A stretch of 64,000 nt of DNA from positions 1,888 to 65,887 of the forward strand of contig JAITGM010000026.1 of assembly GCA_031280685.1 (NCBI GenBank). The letters run 5' to 3'. How positions within the stretch are numbered: position 1 is the stretch's first letter; the number at the start of each line of letters is the position of its first letter. A model generated the notes under the pieces. The model did not search any database. It was not told where the DNA came from and was given only the letters and a program-made list of their open reading frames with translations. Source of the stretch: Christensenellaceae bacterium (GTDB lineage: Bacteria > Bacillota > Clostridia > Christensenellales > UBA1750). Made by a program: the position numbers and the translations under genes. Below are positions 33,360 through 43,108 of the stretch, piece after piece.

Positions 33360-33929
33360 ATGCTCAAGCAGGAAACCGAGCGCTCCGGCGGGGAATACGC
33401 CCTGGTGGCGCCCAGGCTTTCGCATTACCAGGCCGTAAGCGCGATGGACGAGGACTTTGCGGCCGCCGGGGAAGAACCCTACTGCGGCGCCGCCTCGCGC
33501 GTGGGGTACGCGCTGTGGGTGTGGACGGTGCGCGAGCAGGCCAGGGAAGGCGCCGCCCTGCTGGGGGGTAACCCAAATGAGATCCTCTTTCTCGTGCGCG
33601 GTGGCGAAGAGAGGATTTTAGCCTGCGGCCAGCTCCGGCCCGTTGACACCGAGGATGTGCTGACCTGGGCCGGGCACATCGGCTACAGCGTGCCGCCGAG
33701 CCTGCGGGGCAGGGGCTATGCGCAGACGATTTTGCGCCTTTTGCTCGAAGAGGCCTTTGCGCGCGGAATGGAGGAGGTTTTGCTCACCTGCGACGAAACG
33801 AACGCGGCCTCGCGCCGCGTCATCGAAAAGGCGGGCGGCGCGTTTAAAGGGCATTACCGCGCGCGTGGCTACAACAAGCGCCGCTACTGGTTCAGCAAGG
33901 GTAATACTCCCAATTTTGATGGTCGCTGA
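33360..33929 (+). CDS. GNAT-family N-acetyltransferase
   Basis: HIGYSVPPSLRGRGYAQTILRLLLEEAFARGMEEVLLTCDETNAASRRVIEKAGG is the acetyl-CoA binding core. TTGACA 33303-33308 lies upstream. Confidence 0.75.
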   Translation: MLKQETERSGGEYALVAPRLSHYQAVSAMDEDFAAAGEEPYCGAASRVGYALWVWTVREQAREGAALLGGNPNEILFLVRGGEERILACGQLRPVDTEDVLTWAGHIGYSVPPSLRGRGYAQTILRLLLEEAFARGMEEVLLTCDETNAASRRVIEKAGGAFKGHYRARGYNKRRYWFSKGNTPNFDGR

Positions 33930-34152
33930 GCCGATTTGCCCGAAAGACGCGGCGAAATTCATCGCCGGGGGTGGAATGCGGCGTGAAGCCAAGCTCCGCC
34001 AGCGCCCTGTGGATCTGCTCCAAGTGGCGGTTCATCTCTACGGCGGGGGCGAATTCCTCGTTCAGTACCGCATCTTCGAGCCGGCCGCGCAGCAAGGCTT
34101 CTTGGCGGATCAGGAAGGCAGGGCTTGTTTTTTGGGGGGATTTGCTGTGCAT
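33892..34152 (-). CDS. Small protein with a UVR-like (UvrB/UvrC motif) helix
   Basis: GAGGAG RBS lies 5 nt before the ATG. LLRGRLEDAVLNEEFAPAVEMNRHLEQIHRAL resembles a UVR domain. It overlaps the GNAT 3' end by 38 nt. Confidence 0.4.
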   Translation of the reverse strand: MHSKSPQKTSPAFLIRQEALLRGRLEDAVLNEEFAPAVEMNRHLEQIHRALAELGFTPHSTPGDEFRRVFRANRLSDHQNWEYYPC

Positions 34153-34558
34153 GGCAGCTCCTCGCTTTCTCTTTTTCCTCTTGACGAATCAGGGCTTTTA
34201 AAAGTTCTTATCATCAGCCATAGAATACTCGATTTTTCGCAATTTGTCGATATTTCGACAAAACTTCTGAAAAAGTTATGCCTTTCGCGGGATTCCTCAT
34301 TGCTTTATCTCGTAAAAGTGCGCGGCAAAGCGACGAAAAACGAATCCTGGCGGGAAGGTTGCGCTTTCGCCGCCATGTTCTATGAACGCTATATATCATT
34401 AAAGCGCTGAAGAATAAGGGGGAGGCGCGGCCGCGTGCGAACTTTTATAAGGAGAGAAGCGTGCCTGCCCGTTTGCGCGGGGTGTGGCCTTGGATCGGCC
34501 GCGATTCCTTTCCCGGCAGGGCGGCGCCTGCATTTTGCCCGAATTTATAGCGATTTTG

Positions 34559-34587
34559 CTTGACAGCGCGGCGCATCGCGGCTAAAA
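34559..34587 (+). promoter_or_regulatory. Sigma-70-type promoter TTGACA-17-TAAAAT upstream of rpmG-secE-nusG
   Basis: TTGACA 34559-34564 and TAAAAT 34582-34587. Confidence 0.65.
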
Positions 34588-34669
34588 TGATTTGGTATCG
34601 CCCTGCGCGGAGGCGCACGGCCTTTGTTTTGCATGCAAAGGCCGATCTTGAGGGAAGGAGGAGCATGCC

Positions 34670-34819
34670 ATGCGCATTAAGGTCACGCTGGCCTGCGGCG
34701 AGTGCAAGCAGCGCAACTATAACTCGATGAAGAACCGCAGGAACGATCCGGATCGCCTCGAAATGAAGAAATACTGCCGCTTCTGCAAGAAGCACACCGC
34801 CCACAGGGAAACGAGGTAG
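34670..34819 (+). CDS. rpmG: 50S ribosomal protein L33
   Basis: Not in the ORF track (49 aa): [52 protein letters not shown] is GGAAGGAGGAG. Confidence 0.92.
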   Translation: MRIKVTLACGECKQRNYNSMKNRRNDPDRLEMKKYCRFCKKHTAHRETR

Positions 34820-34853
34820 GGCAGCGCCTTACTTTGCAAGGAAGTGAAAGAAA

Positions 34854-35114
34854 ATGTCTGAGCAAGCCGATAAGAAGGCGATCAAGGCCAAGGACGACAA
34901 GGCAAAAAAGCCTGCGGTCGCGGCGAAAAAGCCCAGGTTTGATTTGGTTAAGAAGAGCCGCGAGCTCTTTGCTGAGCTCAAGAAGGTGACCTGGCCCTCG
35001 CGCCGGGATCTGATCCGCCACTCGATCGTGGTTTCGGTCTTCGTCGTCGCGGTGACGGTGGTCGTCGCCCTATATGACCTCGTATTTTCCAGCCTCATGC
35101 GTCTGCTGATCTAG
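34854..35114 (+). CDS. secE: Preprotein translocase subunit SecE
   Basis: ELKKVTWPSRRDL followed by a single TM segment. Conserved rpmG-secE-nusG order. Confidence 0.9.
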   Translation: MSEQADKKAIKAKDDKAKKPAVAAKKPRFDLVKKSRELFAELKKVTWPSRRDLIRHSIVVSVFVVAVTVVVALYDLVFSSLMRLLI

Positions 35115-35151
35115 GGGCGCGCAAGGAAGCTCCTTAGAAAGGGGAAGAAAG

Positions 35152-35679
35152 ATGGCGGATGAGAAGGAACTGAGCTGGTATGTGGTGCATACCTACTCCG
35201 GCTACGAAAACAAGGTCATGGATTCCCTGCAGAAGATGGTCGATAACCAGAATCTGCACGATATCATCAAGGAAATCCGCGTGCCTATCGAGGAAGTCGT
35301 GGAGATCAAAAACGGCCGCAGGCATATCGTGCCGCGGAAGGTCTTCCCGGGCTACGTGCTCGTGCGAATGATCATGAACGATGAATCCTGGTATGTCGTG
35401 CGCAATACGCGCGGCGTGACGGGCTTTGTAGGCCCTGGGTCCAGGCCCATTCCCCTAACCGATGAAGAGGTCGCCAAGATGGGCGTGGACGGGCGCAAGC
35501 AGGTTCAGGTCAACATCGATGTGGGCGATCAGGTCACCATCCTGGCCGGCACTTTGGAAGGCTTCAACGGCACCGTGCAGGAAGTCGACCTGAAAGAGGG
35601 CAAGATTAAGGTAGGCGTCGTGTTCTTCGGGCGCGAAACCTCGGTGGATCTGGACTATGATCAGGTCAACCGCGCCTAG
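35152..35679 (+). CDS. nusG: Transcription termination/antitermination factor NusG
   Basis: WYVVHTYSGYENKV NGN domain and C-terminal KOW domain (GDQVTILAGTLEGFNGTVQEV). Confidence 0.95.
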   Translation: MADEKELSWYVVHTYSGYENKVMDSLQKMVDNQNLHDIIKEIRVPIEEVVEIKNGRRHIVPRKVFPGYVLVRMIMNDESWYVVRNTRGVTGFVGPGSRPIPLTDEEVAKMGVDGRKQVQVNIDVGDQVTILAGTLEGFNGTVQEVDLKEGKIKVGVVFFGRETSVDLDYDQVNRA

Positions 35680-35870
35680 ACTCCGTGGGGAAGGGGCTTC
35701 CCCAAAAGCGTTTGGAACGATGAAACCAATCCGGCCGCCCAAATTGAGTTTTGGGAGCGGCGTTTTGCGGGCAGTGGAAGGCACGAGAGCGAGGACGCGG
35801 CCCGCGTGGGAGGAACCAACACCGTTCCGCTTCACCACAAGCATAATTTTACCGGAGGTGTACCAATCAA

Positions 35871-36296
35871 ATGGCAAAAAAGGTAACGGCCATCGTGAAG
35901 CTCCAGGTTAACGCGGGCAAGGCCACCCCGCAGCCCCCTATCGGCCCAGTTTTGGGCCAGCATGGCGTGAACATCATGGGCTTTTGCAAGGAATTCAACG
36001 AGCGCACCGCCAAGCAGGTCGGCCTGGTGATCCCGGTCGTGCTCACGGTCTACCAAGACCGCTCCTTCACTTTCATCACCAAGACCCCGCCGGTGCCTAT
36101 CCTGATCAAAAAGGCCCTCGGGATTGAAAGTGCCTCCGCCCGCCCCAACCGCGACAAGGTCGGCACTCTGACGAAGGCGCAGGTGCAGGAAATCGCCCAG
36201 ACCAAGATGCCGGATTTGAACGCGGGCTCGCTTGAGTCAGCCATGAGCATGGTGCGCGGCACCGCGCGCTCCATGGGCGTAACCGTAGAGGAATAG
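35871..36296 (+). CDS. rplK: 50S ribosomal protein L11
   Basis: [43 protein letters not shown]. Confidence 0.97.
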   Translation: MAKKVTAIVKLQVNAGKATPQPPIGPVLGQHGVNIMGFCKEFNERTAKQVGLVIPVVLTVYQDRSFTFITKTPPVPILIKKALGIESASARPNRDKVGTLTKAQVQEIAQTKMPDLNAGSLESAMSMVRGTARSMGVTVEE

Positions 36297-36307
36297 GAGG
36301 AAGAGCC

Positions 36308-37018
36308 ATGAAGCACGGAAAAAAGTATAGCGACAGCGCAAAGCTCGTCGTTTCCACCAGCTATGAACCCGAAGAGGCCATGGATCTGGCCCTGCAGACC
36401 GCGAAAGCCAAATTCGACGAAACCATCGAGGTTTCGGTTCGTTTGGGCGTCGATCCCCGCCATGCGGATCAGCAGGTGCGCGGCACCGTGGTGCTGCCCA
36501 ACGGCACCGGCCGCACGGTTCGCGTGCTGGTCTTCGCCAAGGGCGACCAGGCCAAGGCCGCGGAGGACGCGGGCGCGGATTATGTGGGCGCGGAAGAGCT
36601 CGTGACCAAGATCCAGCAAGAGAATTGGTTCGATTTTGATGTCTGCGTGGCCACCCCAGATATGATGGGCATCGTTGGCCGCATCGGTCGTGTGCTGGGC
36701 CCCAAGGGGCTCATGCCCAACCCCAAATCCGGCACCGTGACCATGGATGTGGCCAGGGCCATCAACGACATCAAGTCCGGCAAGGTGGAATACCGCGTAG
36801 ACCGCACGGCTATTATCCACGTGCCGTTCGGCAAGGCTTCCTTCGGCAAGGAAAAGCTGCTCGAAAACTTCAACACCCTGATGGACGCCATTGTCCGCGC
36901 CAAGCCCGCCTCCGCGCGTGGCGTCTATGTGCGCTCGGTGGTCGTTTCTGCGTCGATGGGCCCCGGCATCAAGCTCAACCCGACCCGCTTCATCGCGGTG
37001 GCCGGCCCCGCTCGCTAG
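36308..37018 (+). CDS. rplA: 50S ribosomal protein L1
   Basis: MKHGKKY...[32 protein letters not shown]...[12 protein letters not shown]. Confidence 0.97.
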   Translation: MKHGKKYSDSAKLVVSTSYEPEEAMDLALQTAKAKFDETIEVSVRLGVDPRHADQQVRGTVVLPNGTGRTVRVLVFAKGDQAKAAEDAGADYVGAEELVTKIQQENWFDFDVCVATPDMMGIVGRIGRVLGPKGLMPNPKSGTVTMDVARAINDIKSGKVEYRVDRTAIIHVPFGKASFGKEKLLENFNTLMDAIVRAKPASARGVYVRSVVVSASMGPGIKLNPTRFIAVAGPAR

Positions 37019-37102
37019 AGCGGCGCGTCCGCGCCCTCGCGGGTGGGACGTGATTGATCAGCCAACAAGAGAATAAATCAAGAGGAACGGCCAACAACAA
37101 TA

Positions 37103-37140
37103 GCTGCGCACTCGGTAGATAAGCGAGTTCGCGGCTTTTT
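37103..37140 (+). terminator. Probable intrinsic terminator after rplA
   Basis: GCTGCGCACTCG 37103-37114 pairs with CGAGTTCGCGGC 37124-37135 (two mismatches), followed by TTTTT 37136-37140. Confidence 0.45.
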
Positions 37141-37596
37141 GTCGCGCATTTACCAAATAGTACGCATCATTTGGCGGTGGCGCGTCATTAGCTTGTAGAT
37201 CAATGAATGACGCATTCTTATTTAAGTCGAATTGAAAACTAATCTTCTAAGGGAATCGCGCTCATGCAAAAACAAAGCTGAACAGTAGCAGGGCATAACT
37301 CGCACCGGCAATCGGGGATGCTCCAGCAGAGAAATTGGTTATAGATGTGCGCGTGACTACCCATATGGGCGGAACCTCCCCTCGATTTTTTGAGAAACGA
37401 AAAAGCGGGGAACCTTTTGCTATCCGATGATGGATAGCAAGAAGTTTCCTTGCCTTTAGCCCTAATGTTTTCTGCTTTAGTCTTTAGATACCACTCATAC
37501 TGTAATATCCGCCTTTCTTGCTCTTGAAAGTGCCCGCTAGTTTGGCCGGGGAAAGCGTAAAATCCTAACCGGTAAAACCATCGGCCCCTTGATTTC

Positions 37597-37779
37597 ATGC
37601 GGGCTTCTGGTTTTGCCGTTATTCTACCGCATGCGCACACCGAGGCCTCGCTGCTCATCTCCAGCGGGATGGACATTGAAACAGTAAAAGACAGACTTGG
37701 GCACGCGCAGGCCTGCACAACCATGAACGTCTACGGCCACGCATACAAGCAAAACGACGTGCGGCTGCTGAGATTTTAG
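37597..37779 (+). pseudogene. C-terminal remnant of a tyrosine recombinase (integrase scar)
   Basis: LPHAHTEASLLISSGMDIETVKDRLGHAQACTTMNVYGHAYKQ matches box II of phage-type integrases (HxxR region degraded, LGH...Y kept). There is no N-terminal ~300 aa. The surrounding ~0.8 kb is AT-rich. Confidence 0.65.
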
Positions 37780-37850
37780 GCGAAATGGTGATGCCGAAGC
37801 GAACGAAAAGTGAGAGATGATCCCAATTCGCAGAGATTGGCCCTGTAAAA

Positions 37851-37888
37851 CCGAAAAGCAAAACCCCAGAAACGCATTGTTTCCGGGG
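37851..37888 (-). terminator. Intrinsic terminator downstream of tRNA-Arg (usable in both directions)
   Basis: Minus strand: CCCCGGAAAC-AATGC-GTTTCTGGGG then UUUUGCUUUU. The plus strand also ends in T5. Confidence 0.65.
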
Positions 37889-37895
37889 TTTTTCG

Positions 37896-37972
37896 TGGCG
37901 CGCCCTGAGGGATTTGAACCCCCGGCCTTTTGGTCCGTAGCCAAACGCTCTATCCAGCTGAGCTAAGGGCGC
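37896..37972 (-). tRNA. tRNA-Arg (anticodon ACG), CCA encoded
   Basis: Hand-folded cloverleaf. Acceptor GCGCCCT/AGGGCGC, D arm GCTC-AGCTGGATA-GAGC, anticodon stem TTTGG/CCAAA with loop CTACGGA, T arm GGGGG-TTCAAAT-CCCTC, then G-CCA. Confidence 0.9.
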
Positions 37973-38082
37973 ACGATAAGGGCAAGAAATATAATACCCG
38001 GCCCTTGGGGGCTTGTCAAGGCTTGCGATGAAAGTGTTCTTTTTTTCCAATATGCTGGCCGCGGATGGCACGGAATTTGCTC

Positions 38083-38111
38083 TTGCAATTTCAGGGCTCG
38101 GCTGATATACT
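38083..38111 (+). promoter_or_regulatory. Sigma-70-type promoter TTGCAA-17-TATACT upstream of tRNA-Thr
   Basis: TTGCAA 38083-38088 and TATACT 38106-38111. Confidence 0.55.
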
Positions 38112-38200
38112 ACTATTCGTGCCTTGGTACCCCTCGGAATGAGCCGTTTTGCAGGATTTCATTCCATATTGGGTCGGTCTTAGGCATCGAAATGGGCAAT

Positions 38201-38276
<76 letters not shown>

Positions 38277-38284
38277 CCACGGAA

Positions 38285-38316
38285 ACCCGCACGGCATACG
38301 GCCTTGCGGGTTTTTT
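38285..38316 (+). terminator. Intrinsic terminator after tRNA-Thr
   Basis: ACCCGCA 38285-38291 pairs with TGCGGGT 38305-38311, followed by a T-run to 38316. Confidence 0.65.
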
Positions 38317-38478
38317 CGATCTTAGCGAGAAAAGTGAAAAAGCGAAAAAAGGCAAAAAAGCCTGAGCGGCGAAAGGAGGGGCCTTGGGCACTCCGGCGCA
38401 AGAATGGATTGTAAAAGCGCCGCCCCTTTGATATACTTCCTGTTAAGAAACGGCATAAACCAAAGGAGGAATGCGCGC

Positions 38479-40545
38479 GTGAACAGGGAAGAAGCGAGGG
38501 CGAAGGCCCGGGAACTGGTTTCGCGAATGAGCTTGGAAGAAATGGCCTCTCAGCTGCGCTACGACGCCCCGGCGATCGAAAGGCTCGGCATCCCGGCCTA
38601 TAATTGGTGGAACGAAGCCCTGCACGGCGTGGCGCGCGCCGGCACGGCGACGGTCTTTCCCCAAGCCATCGGCCTGGCCGCGAGTTTTGACGAAGCGCTG
38701 CTGGGCGAGATCTCCTCGGTCATCGCGGAGGAGGGGCGGGCCAAATACAACGCGGCCGTCGAGGAGGGCGACCGCGACATCTACAAGGGCCTGACCTTCT
38801 GGTCGCCCAACATCAACATCTTCCGCGATCCGCGCTGGGGCCGCGGCCACGAAACCTATGGCGAAGATCCTTTCCTGACGGCCAGGCTCGGCGTGGCCTT
38901 CGTCAAAGGGCTGCAGGGCGACGGTCCCTATTTAAAAGCGGCGGCCTGCGCCAAGCACTACGCGGTGCACTCGGGGCCGGAAGCCATCCGCCACGAGTTC
39001 GACGCCAGGCCCAGCAAGAAGGATCTGTTCGAAACCTATTTGCCCGCCTTCGAGGCGCTGGTGAAGGAGGCCAAGGTCGAGGCCGTCATGGGGGCCTACA
39101 ACCGCGTCAATGGCGCGCCCGCGAACGGCTCCAAGGAGCTGCTTGTCGAGATCCTGCGCGAAAGCTGGGGCTTTGAAGGGCATGTGGTCTCGGACTGCTG
39201 GGCTATTCGCGACTTCCACCTGCACCATCACGTCACCAGCACCGCGCCCGAAAGCGCGGCCATGGCCATTGAGGCGGGCTGCGACGTGAACTGCGGCAAT
39301 ACCTACCTGCATCTTCTGCAGGCGGTGCAGGAGGGATTGGTGACGAAGGCGCAGATCGCTACGGCCGCCGAGCGGCTCTTCACCACTCGTTTTATGCTCG
39401 GGCTTTTCGATGAGGGCTGCGAATTCAACCAAATCCCTTTCGAAGCGATCGATAGCGACGCCCACGCCGATCTGGCGCTCAAGGCGGCGCTTGAGTCCAT
39501 GGTTTTGCTCAAGAACGATGGCATCCTGCCGCTCAATCAGGCCGAAATTCGCTCCGTGGCGGTGATTGGGCCCAACGCGAACTCGGTCAAGCCCCTCGAG
39601 GGCAACTACCACGGCACATCCTCGCGCTACGTCAGCTTTTTGGATGGCATCCGCGCCGCTCTGCCAGCCGGCGTGCGGCTCTATTTTGAGCCCGGCAGCG
39701 CCTTAAAGAAGGAAAAGAGCGAATCCCTTTCGCAGAGGGAGCACGATCGCGTTTCCGAGGCCGTGGCGGCCGCTAGGCGCGCCGATTTGAGCATCCTCAT
39801 CCTGGGGCTTGATGAAACCATCGAGGGCGAGGAGGGCGACTCGGGCGACAAGCACGATCTTGAGCTCCCGGCCAGCCAAATCGCCCTTTTGCAGGCCGTC
39901 AAGGCCACGGGGAAGCCCTTCGTCACCGTTGTGGCCGCGGGCAGCAACCTGCGCGTTGAGGACGGCAATGCCATCCTCTGGGCCTGGTACCCCGGGCAGG
40001 CGGGCGGCACGGCCCTGGCCAAGCTCCTTTTTGGCCAAGTCAGCCCCAGCGGCCGCCTGCCGCTGACCTTTTACCGCTCGGCGGACGATCTGCCCGATTT
40101 TGCAGACTACTCCATGCAAAACCGGACTTATCGCTACTTCGGCGGCGAGGCGCTCTATCCCTTCGGCTATGGCCTAAGCTATACGCGCTTTGGCTATGCA
40201 AACCTAAGCTTTGATGCGGCAAAGGGTGTCGCGAGAGTCACGGTTAAAAACCTGGGCGAGCGCGCCGGCGACGAGATCGTGCAGCTCTATTTGAAGGATG
40301 AAATTTCGCCCTTCGCCCCGCGCAACCACAGCCTGCGCGCCTTTGCGCGGGTGCATCTGCTGCCAGGCGAGAGCAAGGCCGTGGAATTAAAGCTCGGGCC
40401 GGAGGCCTTCGAGCTCATCGACGATGAAGGAAGGAAGGTTCCGGGCAGCGGCAGCTACACCCTCTTCATAGGCGGCAGCCAGCCCGACCCATTAAGCCTC
40501 AGCCTGGCGGGCCAAAGCCCGTTAAGCCTAAAAATCAAGCAGTGA
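38479..40545 (+). CDS. GH3 beta-glucosidase/beta-xylosidase (chromosomal)
   Basis: NWWNEALHGV, FRDPRWGRGHETYGEDP, WGFEGHVVSDCWAI, and a C-terminal Fn3-like domain (GDEIVQLYL). GTG 38479 follows AAAGGAGG (the ORF track starts at 38404). Confidence 0.88.
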   Translation: MNREEARAKARELVSRMSLEEMASQLRYDAPAIERLGIPAYNWWNEALHGVARAGTATVFPQAIGLAASFDEALLGEISSVIAEEGRAKYNAAVEEGDRDIYKGLTFWSPNINIFRDPRWGRGHETYGEDPFLTARLGVAFVKGLQGDGPYLKAAACAKHYAVHSGPEAIRHEFDARPSKKDLFETYLPAFEALVKEAKVEAVMGAYNRVNGAPANGSKELLVEILRESWGFEGHVVSDCWAIRDFHLHHHVTSTAPESAAMAIEAGCDVNCGNTYLHLLQAVQEGLVTKAQIATAAERLFTTRFMLGLFDEGCEFNQIPFEAIDSDAHADLALKAALESMVLLKNDGILPLNQAEIRSVAVIGPNANSVKPLEGNYHGTSSRYVSFLDGIRAALPAGVRLYFEPGSALKKEKSESLSQREHDRVSEAVAAARRADLSILILGLDETIEGEEGDSGDKHDLELPASQIALLQAVKATGKPFVTVVAAGSNLRVEDGNAILWAWYPGQAGGTALAKLLFGQVSPSGRLPLTFYRSADDLPDFADYSMQNRTYRYFGGEALYPFGYGLSYTRFGYANLSFDAAKGVARVTVKNLGERAGDEIVQLYLKDEISPFAPRNHSLRAFARVHLLPGESKAVELKLGPEAFELIDDEGRKVPGSGSYTLFIGGSQPDPLSLSLAGQSPLSLKIKQ

Positions 40546-40567
40546 AACGACGAGGAGGCCCATTTTC

Positions 40568-41476
40568 ATGAGCGAAAAACCGGTGAAGAAGATCAACGGC
40601 GGCGATACCGAGAAGATCACCCGCGACTATTTTGATTCCCTGCTGCTCGAGATGCGGCATATCGACGCGGTGGAGCCCGATACCGCCCTCAAACTCTATG
40701 GCCACGAATTTAAGACCCCCATTATGCTGGCCGCGCTCTCGCATCTCGACCGCGTGCACGAAAAGGGCATGGTCGAAAGTGCCCGGGGCATGGCGGCCGC
40801 GGGCGGCGTGATGTGGTCCGGCATGGGCACGGACGAGGAGCTGGAAGAGATCTGCGCGACCGGCGCCAAGACGGTCAAGATCATCAAGCCCCATGCCAAT
40901 AACGACGAGATATTCCGCAAGATGGAGCACGCGGCGGCGCAGGGCTGCATCGCCGTGGGCATGGATATCGACCACCAATTCGGCAGCAAAAACCGCCGTG
41001 GCTACGTGCTCGAGTTCCCCATGGCGGCCAAGATGCTGGATGACATCAAGGCCTTCGTCAGGGGCACGAAGCTGCCCTTTGTGATCAAGGGCGTGCTCAG
41101 CGCCATCGACGCGCAAAAGTGCTTGGATGCGGGCGTGCGGGGCATCGTGGTTTCGCACCACCACGGCATGGTCGATTACGCCCTGCCGCCCCTGCAGATC
41201 CTCCCAAAGATCGTGCAGGTCATCCGCGGGCAGATCCCCGTCTTCGTCGATTGCGGCCTGTCGCGCGGGCTGGACGCCTTCAAGGCCCTGGCCCTGGGCG
41301 CGACCGCGGTTTCCATCGGCCGGGCGGCGATGGGCCCCTTGGGCGAAACCGGCTGGGAAGGCGTGCGCGACATCGTGAATGAGATGACGAACGAGCTGAA
41401 CTGGGCCATGGCCGTGACCTGCTCGCCCACGATCGACCGCATCGACCCCAGCGTGCTCCATCACAAGAACGGTTAG
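40568..41476 (+). CDS. FMN-dependent alpha-hydroxy-acid dehydrogenase/oxidase family protein
   Basis: TIM-barrel FMN pattern: PIMLAALS, GIVVSHHHGMVDYALP, IPVFVDCGLSRGLDAFKALALGATAVSIGR. Confidence 0.6.
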   Translation: MSEKPVKKINGGDTEKITRDYFDSLLLEMRHIDAVEPDTALKLYGHEFKTPIMLAALSHLDRVHEKGMVESARGMAAAGGVMWSGMGTDEELEEICATGAKTVKIIKPHANNDEIFRKMEHAAAQGCIAVGMDIDHQFGSKNRRGYVLEFPMAAKMLDDIKAFVRGTKLPFVIKGVLSAIDAQKCLDAGVRGIVVSHHHGMVDYALPPLQILPKIVQVIRGQIPVFVDCGLSRGLDAFKALALGATAVSIGRAAMGPLGETGWEGVRDIVNEMTNELNWAMAVTCSPTIDRIDPSVLHHKNG

Positions 41477-41479
41477 GGA

Positions 41480-42310
41480 TGGCGCCGGGCGGGTACTGCG
41501 GGAACCCCGCGAGCCCCTAGGGGAGTAGGCCGGGCCTTGTGCGCTGCTTCCAGCGTTGCTGCGCCCGTCGTTGCGGGTGTGGGGCGCGCTCGCTTCGCTC
41601 GCGCGCCGTGGGCCAGCTCCGCGCTTCGCGCGGCCTGGCGCTACGCGGCAGCGGCGGCTCCGCCGCCGGCTGGCCCATGGTCTCCGAGCCTTCGTTATGC
41701 GCTGCTCCCGCGAGTCCCACGGGGGAGGAAGCGAACCCTGCGCGCTGGCTGCTGCCCTTGCCGTCGTTGTGGGTATGGGGCGCGCTCGCTTCGCTCGCGC
41801 GCCGTGGGCCAGCTCCGCGCTTCGCGCGGCCTGGCGCTGCGTGGCAGCGGCGGCTCCGCCGCCGGCTGGCCCATGGCCTCCGAGCCTTCGTTATGCGGTG
41901 CTCCCGCGAGTCCTACGGGGGGAGGAAGCGAACCCTGCGCGCTGGCCGCTGCCCTTGCCGTCGTTGCGAGGAGCGGAGCAACGCGGCCATCCGGCAGGCA
42001 AGCAGAAATGAGGGTGACCTGCCTCAATCACGAGGGAGCACGCTGAATTGCTTCGCCGCCGCTCGCAAGGATGACCGGGCTGGCTTGGGCATGGAAGGTT
42101 GCCTGATGCGGCGACCTAGCGACAAGGATGGGGCCTGCCGGCGCCGCTCCGCGGCTTCGCGGGGAACCCTAACCTTCTCGCGCTGAAACCCGCACGCCGC
42201 TCCACGCCTCCGCGAGGACCTGCAGATCGACAGCCCTGCGCTGCCCGCCTTTCGCCGCCGCTGCGAGGAGCGGAGCGACGCGGCAAGCCGGCAGGCCGCA
42301 TGGTCGTGCG
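41480..42310. repeat. Composite GC-rich intergenic repeat element (modules D, A, tandem block, C, B, D, C)
   Basis: All frames on both strands are open (overlapping ORFs 41537..42186), which argues against coding. It shares GGGAGTAGGCCGGGCCTTGTGCGC, CGTTGCGAGGAGCGGAGCAACGCGGC and ATTGCTTCGCCGCCGCTCGCAAGGATGAC with loci at 43.9, 51.7, 55.0 and 59.2 kb. Confidence 0.8.
41556..42000. repeat. Tandem repeat, ~195-bp unit x ~2.2 copies
   Basis: Units start near 41556, 41750 and 41947. Copies 1 and 2 differ by roughly a dozen substitutions/indels (aligned by eye). Confidence 0.85.
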
Positions 42311-42419
42311 AACAAAAGGCTGTCCCCATAAAGGGGCCGCCTTTACCGTGGCAAGCCGCGCCTGCGGGGGCACGCTTAAAAAGCCTTTAAAAAACGCTTC
42401 CTTTTTGCTCTTTTTTGGC

Positions 42420-43043
42420 CTATTCGCAGTCCTTTCCGGCCCTTTTTCGCAGCCAATAGGCAAGGCCCAGCAACAGGGCCAGCAGCGCCCCCACGAACAC
42501 CGAATAGCGCTGCGCGAGATAGCTCAGCCCCTCCCAATTCAGCCCCAATACCGCCCCGAGCAGGTAGAAAAGCGAGTTGTGCAGCAGCGTGGTGAAGATG
42601 GCAGCCGGGACGACCCTGCGCCTTGGCATGCGCAGGATGCCCGCGAAGAGCAGCGTGGGCACGTTGAGCCCGAAAAGGAACTTGGCCGAGAGGATGGTCA
42701 GCGCGCCGCGCTTTTTAAGCCAGTTTTGGCTCCTTTCCTGCGCGGAAACGGGGAAAAGGCGGTGAAACAACGGCCGTGCGGTGAGCCACGAGCCGAACTT
42801 GCGCCCGATTTCGCTCACGAGCACCGAGGAGGACGCGGAGCCCAGCCAATAGGGCAATAGCAGGGTATAAAGCCCGGCCACAGGCCGGCCGCTGCTCAGG
42901 CCCGCCGCGATGAGCAGGAGGATATCCCCGGGGAAGACGGGCAGAGAGCACTGCAGGGCGCCGCAGCCGAACAGCGTTAGAGCCGCCCAAATCCAGGGCA
43001 GCTCAGCAAGCGACGCGGCGAAGGCCTGCAGGGACGACGGCAA
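42420..43043 (-). CDS. DedA/VTT-domain membrane protein
   Basis: LPVFPGDILLLIAAGL...RKFGSWL...WLKKRGALTILSAKFLFGLNVP is the typical DedA pattern. Non-ATG (TTG) start per the ORF track. Confidence 0.75.
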   Translation of the reverse strand: MPSSLQAFAASLAELPWIWAALTLFGCGALQCSLPVFPGDILLLIAAGLSSGRPVAGLYTLLLPYWLGSASSSVLVSEIGRKFGSWLTARPLFHRLFPVSAQERSQNWLKKRGALTILSAKFLFGLNVPTLLFAGILRMPRRRVVPAAIFTTLLHNSLFYLLGAVLGLNWEGLSYLAQRYSVFVGALLALLLGLAYWLRKRAGKDCE

Positions 43044-43108
43044 GCGGTGCCCCCCTTTTTAGTGGGTTAAGAGGAGTATTTCGCGCCCTCGGGAAATCAT
43101 GCGCGAGC

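Noticed and set aside
32742-33929. 395-aa plus-strand ORF
   Set aside because: Only the last 189 codons (from ATG 33360, behind a promoter) form a GNAT protein. The upstream part is antisense to the TIGR01440 gene.
35680-35870. Possible ribosomal-protein leader between nusG and rplK
   Set aside because: The region is long enough and has hairpins (GGGGAAG-GGG-CTTCCCC), but I could not recognise a defined L1/L11-binding mimic by eye. Left unannotated.
37239-37724. 161-aa minus-strand ORF in the AT-rich scar after rplA
   Set aside because: No RBS, Cys/Ser-rich odd composition, and it overlaps the integrase remnant on the other strand.
41556-42000. Possible CRISPR array
   Set aside because: The repeat unit is about 195 bp and copies are directly adjacent with no unique spacers. 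No cas genes are in the window.
41537-42186. Three overlapping plus-strand ORFs (151-215 aa) and minus-strand ORFs in the same region
   Set aside because: All frames are open only because the DNA is a GC-rich repeat with no stop-codon trinucleotides. The translations are Arg/Ala/Pro-rich low complexity, and the region is a tandem/dispersed repeat.
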